The notes under the pieces are model-generated. The model was given only the letters and a program-made list of their open reading frames with translations, ran no database searches and had not been told where the DNA came from. This document shows, in pieces, positions 19,974 through 29,703 of a stretch of 64,000 nt of DNA; positions within the stretch are counted from its first letter, which is position 1, and each line of letters begins with the position of its first letter. Made by a program: the position numbers and the translations under genes. The stretch comes from an uncultured Chloroflexia bacterium (GTDB taxonomy: Bacteria > Chloroflexota > Limnocylindria > QHBO01), in contig CAWINH010000002.1 of NCBI GenBank assembly GCA_963837425.1, forward strand, positions 355,175 through 419,174, written 5' to 3'.

Positions 19974-20333
19974 TCACCACTCCAGCGTGGCGGCCCCGGC
20001 CGCGAGCTGCTCGACGATGAAGGCCGCGTTGACGATTCGGGCGCCCGGGATGAGGTCCTGCTCGGTGATGCCGCGCGGCTTTGTGCACGCGCCGCAGGCC
20101 CAGATCTCACCGCCGTTGGCAACGTACTGGCCGATGAGCTCGCCGAGCGGCGGCAGCCCGTCCTTGGCGATCTCGTCAGCATAGCCGCGCGTGGCCAGCC
20201 GGACTCCCTCGATGGTCAGCAGCACGGCGGCCGGCTGCTCCGCGGTGGCGGCGATGTTCGCGACGACGAAGGGCATGGTGGCCCGCTCGGCGTCGTCGCG
20301 GCCGGTGGTGGCGTGGGTAATGATGCGCGTCAT
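19974..20333 (-). CDS. DsrE/DsrF-like sulfur-relay family protein
   Basis: 119 aa, with PFVVANIAATAE...GEIWACGACTKPRGI containing the conserved Cys pair of the DsrE fold. It is similar to the second copy at 60011-60382. Confidence 0.6.
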   Translation of the reverse strand: MTRIITHATTGRDDAERATMPFVVANIAATAEQPAAVLLTIEGVRLATRGYADEIAKDGLPPLGELIGQYVANGGEIWACGACTKPRGITEQDLIPGARIVNAAFIVEQLAAGAATLEW

Positions 20334-20366
20334 GTTCGAACTTCCTTTCGAGGACGGATGGTGTGG

Positions 20367-20627
20367 TCAGCCCTTGCGCCGCAGGAGGAACCGACGGCGA
20401 CCGTTACCCTCGTCGTGGACCTCGACCAGCGAATTGCCCGTCAGGCGGGACCACGAGGCCAGGGCCTCGGGGGCGGTCGAGTCGTCGGAGATGACCTCCA
20501 GGCCCTCGCCGGGCGACAGCGCTCGCATGCGTCCGGCGATCACCGGGGTCAGGGTCGCGCAGGTCTCGCCGCTGCCGTCCAGCGTATCGACCGGTTGAAG
20601 GGCACCGTCCGAGTTTGGGTCGCTCAT
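20367..20627 (-). CDS. TusA-like sulfur carrier (SirA/YedF/YeeD family)
   Basis: 86 aa with LDGSGETCATLTPVIAGRMRALSPGEGLEVISDDSTAPEALASW, a TusA fold signature; the canonical CPxP motif is degenerate. Confidence 0.55.
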   Translation of the reverse strand: MSDPNSDGALQPVDTLDGSGETCATLTPVIAGRMRALSPGEGLEVISDDSTAPEALASWSRLTGNSLVEVHDEGNGRRRFLLRRKG

Positions 20628-20809
20628 TGGTTCGTCTCCTGCGTGGGGCGGTTGGGGGCCGCCGGCCGATCTCGACGGCCGGCATGCCCCGCCACGTCGG
20701 TGGTGCCGCTGACGCTACCTGCCGCCCGCGCGGCCGCACATCCGTTCAGCCACGTATGCGCTCTGCCGACGGCGACGGCGTTGTGGCGGCCGGCACGCAG
20801 GTGCCCTGA

Positions 20810-21913
20810 TCAGCCGGCGGCGCGCAGGTAGGCGGCCACCGCCGCGGTGCGGGCCGACCGACCGGCCAGCCCCAGCTTGAGATAGGCGTTCGAGAGATGG
20901 CGTTCCACCGTCCGTGCGGAGAGTCCAAGCGTCGCCGCGATCTCCTGGTTTGAGCTGCCATCGGCGGCCAGCCCGATGATCTCGCGCTGTCGTGCGCTGA
21001 GCTGCAGGACGTCGCCGGCCGGCTGCACCGAGTGGGCCATGCGGTCAGGCTCGAGGAAGGCACTCACCTCGGCCATGAACGTTCGCCACGCGGGCTCATC
21101 GGCGAGCAGGATGTGGTTCGGAGATTCAAGTGGCACGAGTCGCGCTCCGGGGACGCGCGAGGCCAGGTCCAGGCCCTCGTCGAACGGCACGCAGCGGTCG
21201 TCGACGGCGCTCAGCACCAGCGTCGGCGTGCGGATGGCATGGACCCGATCGCGGAGGTCGATGCGCTGGCGCTCGATCCTGCTCTGGAGCATGTTGTCGG
21301 TCGAGGTTGACATCCGCTGCAATTCATCGAACCAGGCGAGCTGCTCCTCGGTTGCCCCGGGGATGAACATGGTCGTGAACACGCGGCGGAAGATTGGGTC
21401 CGGTTTGGCCCAGCCGGCGCGAATCATGGCGCGGAAGGCGACCTCGTCCTCCGGCGGCTCGGGGAAGTAGTCGGGCGCCCCATAGCACGACCCCCCATAC
21501 ATGATCATGCGCGAGACCCGGTCCGGGTGCCGCAGGGCGTACTCGAGTGCCACCGAGGACCCACCCGACATGCCCAGCAGTGCGAAGCGCTCGACGCCCA
21601 CGCTGGCCACCACCGCCTCGAGATCCGCGACGCGGGCGTCGAGAGAGAAGTCGTCCACCGTCCACTCGGAGAGCCCAAATCCGCGCTCGTCGTAGCGAAT
21701 CAGGGTGCTGACGGCTCCCAGGTCCTCCAGGAAGTGGCGCCAGACGGGACTCTCCCAATCATGCTGCAGGTGGCTGAGCCAGCACGAAACGACGATCAGT
21801 GGCGGTCCGCTGCCATGGGTGGCGTAGGCGAGCCGCACCCCGCCCTGGCCTCGACAGAATCGGATCTGCTGGGGAGGTGCCCCTCGCGCGCGGCCGGACC
21901 CGGTCACGGACAT
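20810..21913 (-). CDS. Alpha/beta-hydrolase domain fused to a C-terminal LuxR/GerE-type HTH domain (putative regulator)
   Basis: The N-terminal domain has GMSGGSSVALEYALRHPDRV (nucleophile elbow). The C-terminus has EIIGLAADGSSNQEIAATLGLSARTVERHLSNAYLKLG (LuxR HTH). Confidence 0.6.
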   Translation of the reverse strand: MSVTGSGRARGAPPQQIRFCRGQGGVRLAYATHGSGPPLIVVSCWLSHLQHDWESPVWRHFLEDLGAVSTLIRYDERGFGLSEWTVDDFSLDARVADLEAVVASVGVERFALLGMSGGSSVALEYALRHPDRVSRMIMYGGSCYGAPDYFPEPPEDEVAFRAMIRAGWAKPDPIFRRVFTTMFIPGATEEQLAWFDELQRMSTSTDNMLQSRIERQRIDLRDRVHAIRTPTLVLSAVDDRCVPFDEGLDLASRVPGARLVPLESPNHILLADEPAWRTFMAEVSAFLEPDRMAHSVQPAGDVLQLSARQREIIGLAADGSSNQEIAATLGLSARTVERHLSNAYLKLGLAGRSARTAAVAAYLRAAG

Positions 21914-21968
21914 GCTCCGATCCTACGCGCTCATGTCCACGCCGGCGAGTCCCCGGGCCCCCGGGCGC

Positions 21969-22700
21969 TCACGGCAGCGGCGGCAGGCTCCCGATCCAGC
22001 CCGGCACCAGGATCACCACGGTGCCGAGCGATAGCGCGAGCTGACCGCGGGGACGAGGCGTGCGCCGAGCCGCCATGTCTTCGCGAGACATCACGCCGCC
22101 CAGGGCGGCCATCAGCGTCACGCTCCCCACGCCCACGCCGAACATGACGAGCATCAGCGCCGAGCAGCACCCCAGGCAGTAGATTCCGTTGGCGATCCCA
22201 GGCGAGCGCCGCGCACGCCGGGCGCGTGCGGTGCCAGACGAACTGCAGCGGGTTGCGGTACTCGGTGAGGATCGCTCCTTGAGGGGCGTGAGCTGGAAGA
22301 TCCCGGCGCCGATGAGCAGGGCGCCGCTGATGAGCTGCTTGTGGGCTGCCAGCCAGCCCATCGATCCACCGTGAGTGAGGGCGGATCGCCGCCAGCGCAG
22401 CGCCGCGAAGCGGTCCAGATCACGAAGTAGGCGCCGATGAACGGACCACGATGTCGCGGCGTGGCGATGCCGCCGTGATGCTGGCGTAGATGCGGACACC
22501 GGCAGGGTGCTGGGCAGCATCATGGCGCCGGTCATCAGCTGCCAGATGAGGGAAGATGGGGATGGCGACCAGGATCGGCAGGTTTCCGCCCTCGATGATC
22601 GCGTGGTGGCTGATGAGGTCGCTGCGCCCGGCCAGCACCAGGCCGATGGCCAGTGCCCAGCAGAGCCACGGTTGCCAGGATCCACGTCTGGGGTCGCGCG
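21969..22700 (-). pseudogene. DUF2182-family integral membrane protein (putative metal-binding), with several frameshifts
   Basis: The C-terminal GIANGIYCLGCCSALMLVMF motif and LTPLKER are in frame. ILTEYRNPLQFVWHRTRPACAALA is readable only in another frame. The N-terminal half lies in the 22420-23478 frame. Confidence 0.4.
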
Positions 22701-23384
22701 AGGCGCCGCGATGGCGCCTCCCGCTGTCCGCTGCACGGTTTCCATCTCCAGCCTCGAAGACGAAGCTGCCTGGACCGAGTTGAGGCCGGCGAGGTCGATA
22801 TCGGCCATGCCGTGCGCCGTCTCCGGGCGCCGGAAGATCGAGGCCTTGCCCGGATAGGCCGGCGATCCCGGGATGGTGGAGAAGACCGAGTTGTTGAGCG
22901 TGGTCGTCCCGGTGGGGCCGGAGAGCGGACTGAGTCGCGCCTCGATGGCGTCGCCGATCTTCAGCGTGCCCTCGCCGCCATCCACGGTGAAGGTGATCGG
23001 CGCGCGCTCCACGGCCACGACGTCGCCGATGAGCGCGGCCAGGTCCGCGATGCCGCCGCCGAGCTGCCCGGTGAAGACCTTGAGCAGCGCGTCCTGCTGC
23101 TCCTGGCTTGACGCGTCGTCCACGTACACCACCGCCTTCCAGTTGCCGGCGAAGATGTTTCCGGGGACGTGCACCGATAGCCCAACGGTCAGGCCAGAAA
23201 CGTCGACCCCCTCGACCGTGCCGGCATCGACCTGCCAGGCCAGGGAGGCCTCGCACGTGCCGCCATCGGGGTCGTCGCCGATCGAGCAGGGGCAGATCGC
23301 GTTGCAGGTGCAGACCTCCAGCAGCCGGCCCTCGACGTGGTAGCGCGTGGCGGTGGCCGGATCGTTCGTGTTCGCGACAGTCAT
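22700..23384 (-). CDS. DUF1326-family protein, the usual partner of DUF2182
   Basis: MTVANTNDPATATRYHVEGRLLEVCTCNAICPCSIGDDPDGGTCEASLAW shows the Cys-rich N-terminal motif of DUF1326. A GGAGA RBS lies 8 nt upstream of the ATG at 23384. The 3' end is approximate. Confidence 0.5.
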
Positions 23385-23610
23385 GCGTGCGTCTCCTGTA
23401 TTCCGCTGCTGGTGCGGGACCACGTGTCCCCGTGTTCTGCACGGCCGCCGGGTGCCCAAAGGCGACCCGGCTTGCCATGCACCAACGAGGCTAGGTGCAC
23501 CGATGGAGGCCGGCATCCGCGAGACCACCCAATCTGCAGCGGTGGCCTGATCGGTTACGGCGGTCTGCACGCACTGAAGCGGGCAGAGGTTGGGCCTGGG
23601 TGGTGAGGCC

Positions 23611-24747
23611 TCAGCCGCCGTCTGTCAGGCGCATCTCGACAGCTCGCGCCGCAGCACCCGCGCGGGCCGCCTTACCGCTCAGGCCCAGCTTCACGTACAC
23701 GTTGGAAAGGTGCCGCTCGACGGTCCGGCTGCTGAGGTTCAGCTCCGCGGCGATCCGCTGGTTCGAGTAGCCCAGCCCCACCAGGTCGAGGACCGTCAGC
23801 TCTCGCCGGCTCAGGGCGCCGCGAACCGAGGCCACCGGGAGGCGCGGAGTCGCCGGCCGTCCCGCCCCCACGAACGCGTCCACCAGCTCGAAGAAGCGAG
23901 GCCATGCGTCGTCGGTCGGCTGCAGGACGTGGTTCCTGCCGTGGAACGGGACGAAGCGTGCGCCGGGGATCGCCGCGGCAATGGAGCGGCCCGATTCGAA
24001 GGAAACGACATGGTCGTCGTCGACATGCATGACCAGGGTGGGGACCCGGACCTCGGCTGCCAGCTGCCGTACGTCGAGATCGTCGTCGACCTCGTCGAAG
24101 CGCACCGCGTTTTCGGGTGAGGTCGTGAGGCGCATGAGCTCGTCGTACGCGTGCAGCAGCTCCTCGTTCCCATCCGGGACGAAGCTGCTCGTGAAAACGC
24201 GCCGGAAGACCGGGTTGTCACTGCCCCACGCCAGGCGGATCAGCGTGCGCATGGCGGCCACTTCCTGGCGCTGCTGCTCGGTGATGTCGCGGGCCCCGTA
24301 GCCCATCAGGTAGCCGCCCAGGATGATCAGGTGTGATACCCGCTCAGGATGCCGCGCGGCGTAGGCGATAGCCACCGGCGCTCCCTGGGACATCCCGAAC
24401 AGGGCGAAGCGCTGCATGCCGGCGGCGTCCACCACCACCTCGAGGTCTTCGACCCAGGCCTCGAAGGAGATGTCCTCCACGTCGCGGTCGGAGAGTCCAC
24501 ACCCCCGATCGTCGTATCGCAGGACGGTGAAATGCCTGCCGAGCTCAGTGAGCCACGGATGCCAGATGGTGCTCTCCCAGTCGTACTGGAGGTGGGTCAG
24601 CCAATGGGGGGCTCGGACGAACGGGTACCCGCGCCCGTGGATCGCATAGGCAAGCCGCGTCCCGTCCGGGGTGGTCGCGAACGCGATGCGCTGCTCCTGG
24701 CGCCGGACGCCGATGGGCGATCCGCCTCCGCTTGCCATCCGATCCAT
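23611..24747 (-). CDS. Alpha/beta-hydrolase-LuxR HTH fusion regulator, paralog of 20810-21913
   Basis: GMSQGAPVAIAYAARHPERV plus the C-terminal LTVLDLVGLGYSNQRIAAELNLSSRTVERHLSNVYVKLG; about 45-50% identical to the other copy. Confidence 0.6.
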   Translation of the reverse strand: MDRMASGGGSPIGVRRQEQRIAFATTPDGTRLAYAIHGRGYPFVRAPHWLTHLQYDWESTIWHPWLTELGRHFTVLRYDDRGCGLSDRDVEDISFEAWVEDLEVVVDAAGMQRFALFGMSQGAPVAIAYAARHPERVSHLIILGGYLMGYGARDITEQQRQEVAAMRTLIRLAWGSDNPVFRRVFTSSFVPDGNEELLHAYDELMRLTTSPENAVRFDEVDDDLDVRQLAAEVRVPTLVMHVDDDHVVSFESGRSIAAAIPGARFVPFHGRNHVLQPTDDAWPRFFELVDAFVGAGRPATPRLPVASVRGALSRRELTVLDLVGLGYSNQRIAAELNLSSRTVERHLSNVYVKLGLSGKAARAGAAARAVEMRLTDGG

Positions 24748-24780
24748 GGTACGAAGGGTGTCGAGGCGAACCGTCTTGCC

Positions 24781-25611
24781 TCAAAGGCGTGGTGGGCCGC
24801 GACGGATCCGCTCGCGGACCGTATCCGCCGACTGATCCGATTCCCATCGGCTCTCGATGAACCAGGTCGCTCCGGCTTCCGCCATCGGCGCGAGCATTGC
24901 GCGATCGGCCGCGTGGTCGATGCCGGACGTCAGGCCGTCGACCACGATCTCGAACGGTGCGGAGGACTGCCGGTGCTCTGCCATCCAGGCCGCCACGCCG
25001 GCCACCACCTGGGGCGTGGCCTGCTCGTCGTCACTCGCCCCCGACTTGTCGGAGACGATGATGCCGTCCCAGCGTGCGCAGCGTCGTAGGGACCTCGGGT
25101 GCGGCCAGGCGCCGACTGGCCACACCGGTATCCGCGGCCGTTGCACGGGGAGATCGAACTGGAGATCCCTCATCCAGTAATGCGTACCCTGATAGCTCAC
25201 CGTTTCGCCTGACCATGCCAGCTCCAGGATGTCCAGGCATTCGTCAAGCTTCTCGGCGCGCACGCGCCGCGACGGGTCTTCGGAGCTGACGCGTGAATAG
25301 CCTCCGTCCCAGGTTCCGCCCAGGCCGACCGGCAACACGAATCGGCCATTCGACAGGTTGTCCACCGTGATCGTCTCGCGCGCCACCTTCCACGGTCGAC
25401 GACGCGCGATGGAGAAGACCATGGCACCCAGCGTCACCCGTTCCGTGACGGCCGCCATGGCTCCCAGCACGACCCAGGGATCAAAGACACCGCCGCGCTC
25501 GACGGAGATGTCGTCCCAGGCGAACACCCCGTCCCACCCGGCGGCTTCCGCATCTCGCGCCATGGCCACGTAGTCGTGAACCGTTCCGAACGAGGTGACG
25601 ACGCCGAACTT
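24781..25611 (-). CDS. Luciferase-like monooxygenase (LLM) family, probably F420-dependent oxidoreductase
   Basis: GTG start VKFGVVTSFG with an AAGGAG RBS; TIM-barrel LLM pattern ...GRFVLPVGLGGTWDGGYSRV... Confidence 0.55.
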   Translation of the reverse strand, partial: KFGVVTSFGTVHDYVAMARDAEAAGWDGVFAWDDISVERGGVFDPWVVLGAMAAVTERVTLGAMVFSIARRRPWKVARETITVDNLSNGRFVLPVGLGGTWDGGYSRVSSEDPSRRVRAEKLDECLDILELAWSGETVSYQGTHYWMRDLQFDLPVQRPRIPVWPVGAWPHPRSLRRCARWDGIIVSDKSGASDDEQATPQVVAGVAAWMAEHRQSSAPFEIVVDGLTSGIDHAADRAMLAPMAEAGATWFIESRWESDQSADTVRERIRRGPPRL

Positions 25612-25763
25612 CACTGTTCCGCTCCTTGCGTTGAATGCGCGGCGGCAGCTTCGACGCCTGGCCGAGGCCGCCTGACGTGCGTGCTCTTCGTTCAGGCTAT
25701 ACCCCGCCACGGCAGCAGGTCGGCCCACGCAAGCGGAAGCAACCGCGGCGCTAGAATCGATCC

Positions 25764-27212
25764 ATGGCAACCGAGGTCCTCGCGCCCCACGTCCCCGTCT
25801 ATCTCGCCGGCGAGTTCGTGGAGGCCGGGCCGTCCGCTCGAGGTGCGCAACCCGGCGACCGGGAGAGCTCGATCGCGACCACCTTCCAGGCCGGTCCCGC
25901 GGAGCTGGAGCGCGCAACGATCGCGGCAGTCGAGGCGTTCGCGAAGACCCGCCGCCTGGCGAGCTACCAGCGCCGCGACGCGCTGGCGCATGTGGCGCAG
26001 CGGATCAGCGAGGAGGCGGACGAGCTGGCGGAGCTGCTGACCCGCGAGTCGGGCAAGCCGATCCGCGATGCGCGGGGCGAGGTGGCGCGCGCGGCGCTCA
26101 CCTTCCGCACCGCGGGCGAGGAGGCGCTGCGCATCACCGGGGAGTGGATGCCGCTCGACTGGAACGCGGCCAATCGCGGCCGATCGGGGATCGTGCGCCG
26201 CTACCCGATCGGGCCGGTGGCGGGGATCAGCCCCTTCAACTTCCCGCTCAACCTCGCCGCGCACAAGGTCGCGCCGGCGATCGCGGCCGGGCTGCAGCAT
26301 CGTCCTCAAGCCCCCGTCGGTCGACCCGCTGGTCATGCTGCGCGTGGCGCGCTACATCGACGAGACGGACCTCCCGGCCGGCGCGGTCAGCATCCTGCCC
26401 ATGGATCGGCCCACCGGGGACGCCATGGTCCGCGACGAGCGGTTCAAGCTGCTCAGCTTCACAGGCTCCCCATCGGTCGGCTGGAAGATGAAGGCCGATG
26501 CCGGCAAGAAGAAGGTCGTCCTCGAGCTGGGTGGCAACGCCGGTGCGATCGTGGACGAGACCGCGGACCTCGACTGGGCGGTCAGCCGCCTGGTGTACGG
26601 CTCGTTCGCCTACGCCGGGCAGGTCTGCATCAGCGTCCAGCGCATCTACGTCGTGGCGTCGGTCTACGACGAGTTCGCGGCGCGCTTCGTGGCGAAGGTG
26701 CCGCGAGCTCAGGATCGGCGATCCGCTGGATCCGGCCACCGACCTGGGGCCGATGGTCGATGCCAAGGCGGTGGCGCGCACCCACGAATGGGTGACCGAG
26801 GCAATCGACGCCGGCGCCAGCGCCCTGGTCGGCGGCGAGCCGGGCGGCCTGGTCTATCCGCCAACCGTGCTCGTGGACGTGCCGAAGAGCGCGCAGGGTG
26901 TGCGGTGAGGAGGTCTTCGCGCCGGTGGTCAATCTCTTCGGGGTGCCGGACTTCGCGACGGCGATCGACGAGATCAACGACAGCCAGTTCGGGCTCCAGT
27001 GCGGGGTCTTCACGAACGACATGGAGCGGACGCTCACCGCGCACGACGAGCTGGAGGTTGGCGGGATCATCGTCAACGACATCCCCACCTGGCGGATCGA
27101 CCCCATGCCCTACGGCGGGGTGAAGGACTCGGGCCTTGGTCGCGAGGGGCTCCGCTGGTCGATCGAGGACATGACCGAGCCGCGGCTCCTCGCCTTCGCC
27201 CGGCCGCTGTGA
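25764..27212 (+). pseudogene. NAD(P)-dependent aldehyde dehydrogenase, at least 3 frameshifts
   Basis: Pieces in frames 25764, 26068, 26498 and 26898 make a full ALDH: FNFPLNLAAHKVAPAIAAG, ELGGNAGAIVDETADLDWAV, QVCISVQRIYV, GLQCGVFTNDMERT. Confidence 0.6.
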
Positions 27213-27556
27213 CCCTGACGACCCGCTACGCGCGGATCCTGCGCGCCGAAGAGCTGCGCGACGGCGAGCTGATCCCGGTGGTGATCGACGGGACACCGGT
27301 GGTCGTGGTCCGGCATGCCGGCGACTTCTACGCCGTGCAGAACAACTGCAGCCACCAGGATTTCCCGCTCACCGAGGCCGGGTTCGACGCGCGCGATGCC
27401 GTGCTCGTGTGCGCCTGGCACGGCGGCTGCTTCGACGTGCGCACCGGCGCCGCGGTCGCACTGCCGGCAACCGAACCGGTCGAGACCTTCCCGGTGCGGG
27501 TCAGCGTGGACGGCTGGGTCGAGCTCGGCCTCACGGGGAGCCTGGCGCGCTCATAG
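27209..27556 (+). CDS. Rieske [2Fe-2S] ferredoxin domain protein
   Basis: CSHQDFPL...CAWHGGCF (CxH..CxxH). The GTG start overlaps the ALDH stop (GTGA). Confidence 0.6.
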   Translation: MTLTTRYARILRAEELRDGELIPVVIDGTPVVVVRHAGDFYAVQNNCSHQDFPLTEAGFDARDAVLVCAWHGGCFDVRTGAAVALPATEPVETFPVRVSVDGWVELGLTGSLARS

Positions 27557-27588
27557 TGCCTCGGGGCCCATCGGTATACTCGGCCGCG

Positions 27589-28338
27589 GTGACGATCGAG
27601 GCGCTTCCGTTCGTGAACTGGATCTTCTGGGCGACGCTCACCGCCGGCTCGCTGCTGGTGGTGGGAGTCACTGAGCTTGCCGGCGGCACGACCCGCGGGT
27701 ATCGGCTGTTCATGGCCTGGCTGCTGGCCGCCTGCGCGGCGATCCTCCTGCTATCGGAGCTGAACCTCTCGTCGGGGACCGTTGTCGACACGACGGGTGG
27801 GATGCGCCGTCTGCTGGTGATCGCCTTCGTGGCGGGAACGATCGCGTACCTTGTCGCCTCCCTGGCCAGGCTGCCGCGCGCCGCCCTCGCGGTCGGGACG
27901 GCGCTCATCGGCGTCCTGGCGCTGGCAGCATTGGCGGTATCGGCCCCGACCTGGAGCTCCACGCTCTTCACCGGCCAGCTGATCGCGGCGGCGCTGGCGC
28001 TCGGCTCGGTGAAGGCGGCGATGTTGCTCGGCCACTGGTACCTCGTCACGCCTCGTCTCTCTCCGACGCCGCTGCGGCGGATGATGTGGCTGCTGGTCCT
28101 CGCCCTGGCCCTGCAGGGGATCCTTTTCGTCGTCGCGGTGCTGGTGGTCAGCAGCGGGCCGCTCGGCGGCCCGATCGGCCCGCTCACCTGGCTGCGCGTG
28201 CTGGTCGGGATCGTGCTGCCCCTCGGGATCACCGTGCTGGCACTCATCGCCAGTCGTGCGGCCTCGCTGCAGGCCAGCACCGGACTGCTGTACATCGGCC
28301 TGGCGTTCGTGGCGGCCGGCTCGCATCGCCGGCTCGAG
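27589..28338 (+). CDS. Polytopic membrane protein of unknown function, reading in frame into moaD with no stop
   Basis: Six or more hydrophobic helices (FWATLTAGSLLVVGV, LLAACAAILLL, LIGVLALAALAV, LVLALALQGILFVVAVLVV, VLVGIVLPLGITVLALIA). An AGGAGG RBS immediately precedes the moaD ATG at 28378 in the same frame. Confidence 0.35.
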
Positions 28339-28377
28339 TATCACGTTCCTCACTGGCGTGCCGGTTTAGGAGGCCAC

Positions 28378-28620
28378 ATGCAGGTCCGCATCCGCTTCTT
28401 CGCCACCCTCCGCGAGGCGGCAGCCGATCGCACCACGCTGACGCTGGCCGATGGCGCGTCGATCGAGGACGCGTGGGCGGAGCTCGCGTCTCAGTGGCCG
28501 GCGCTCGCGCCGCACCGCGAGTGGGTGCGGGCCGCGCTGAACGGGGCGTACACGACCTTCGACGCGCGGGTCGCCGATGGCGATGAGGTCGCCTTCCTGC
28601 CGCCGGTCAGCGGCGGCGGC
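28378..28620 (+). CDS. moaD: MoaD/ThiS-type sulfur carrier ending in GlyGly
   Basis: MQVRIRFFATLREAAADRTTLTLADGASIEDAWAEL...DGDEVAFLPPVSGG followed by a GGCGGCGGCGGC run. Confidence 0.55.
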
Positions 28621-29036
28621 GGCCCTCGGCCTGACCGATGCGCCGATCGACGTGGCGGCCCTCGAGCGTGAGCTCGCGGACACGGCTCACGGCGCCGTCG
28701 TCACCTTCGTGGGACGAGCGCGCAGGACCGCGGACGACGGGCGCGCGGTGATCGAGCTCGAGTACGAGGCCTACCACGAGATGGCGGAGTCGGTGCTGCG
28801 CCAGATTGCGCGCAGAGGCCCGCGAACGCTGGCCAGGGGTGGCGGTGGCCGTCGTGCACCGCGTCGGTGTTGTGCCGCTCGGAGAGGCGGCGGTGGCCAT
28901 CGTCACCGCCGCGCCGCATCGTGCGGCGGCCTACGAGGCGAATCGCCACGTCATCGAGGCGATCAAGGATCGTCTGCCGATCTGGAAGCGCGAGCGCTTC
29001 GCCGACGGGAGCGAATGGAAGCGCCCCGGCGCCTAG
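28600..29036 (+). pseudogene. moaE: Molybdopterin synthase catalytic subunit MoaE with one frameshift; possibly fused to MoaD (MoaX-like) through the GGC repeat
   Basis: AVVTFVGRARRTADDGRAVIELEYEAYHEMAE is in one frame, and ERWPGVAVAVVHRVGVVPLGEAAVAIVTAAPHRAAAYEANRHVIEAIKDRLPIWKRE in another (shift near 28815). Confidence 0.5.
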
Positions 29037-29620
29037 CCCTCGTGGGCTGCCAGATGGGCCAGCCACGCGCGCGCGGCCGCCGGTGACGCCAGGCGCACGG
29101 CATGCAGGTGCGGATACGCGGCGATCAGCTCCGGGTACTCGCGCCGACGCCGCCGATACGTCGAGAGGATCCACCACAGCAGGCCGTCGCGCCTGAAAAG
29201 ATGCATCCCGACCGTCTCGTGGTTCCCGGTCCCGGGCCACAGCTCTTCACGGCTCCGCCCGCGTCGCCAAGTCCTGGCCAGGTACTGGCGGAGAATCGTG
29301 CGCAGCGAAACGTCGAGCCAGACGACCGCCGCGGCCCGGCCCCAGACGATGTCGCGGGTGACCGAGTAGTTGCCGTCCACCACCCAGCCGTCGCCGGCGG
29401 TGGCGCGATCGACGCGCTCGCGCATGACCGGGTCGGGGACCTCGGTCCAGTTCCGTTCCCAGTGCAGGGCATCGAGCTCCACGTACGCGACCTGCAGGAC
29501 CTCCGCCAGGGCGCGGGCCAGCGTCGACTTGCCCGATGCGCTGGTCCCCACCACGCTCACGCGCCGGTAGGGGAACGGGACGAATCCGGCCCGCTGAGCC
29601 GCCAAAGCCTGCGATCCCAT
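29033..29620 (-). CDS. P-loop NTPase, adenylate-kinase/shikimate-kinase-like small kinase
   Basis: Walker A motif VVGTSASGKSTLARALA; about 195 aa. Confidence 0.5.
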   Translation of the reverse strand: MGSQALAAQRAGFVPFPYRRVSVVGTSASGKSTLARALAEVLQVAYVELDALHWERNWTEVPDPVMRERVDRATAGDGWVVDGNYSVTRDIVWGRAAAVVWLDVSLRTILRQYLARTWRRGRSREELWPGTGNHETVGMHLFRRDGLLWWILSTYRRRRREYPELIAAYPHLHAVRLASPAAARAWLAHLAAHEG

Positions 29621-29703
29621 GGGAATCCGGATTCTAGGCGCGCGGTGCGGCCGGGGGTCGACGGGTGGCGAGCACTGGCCTCGCCGTGCAAAATGCGCGG
29701 TGA

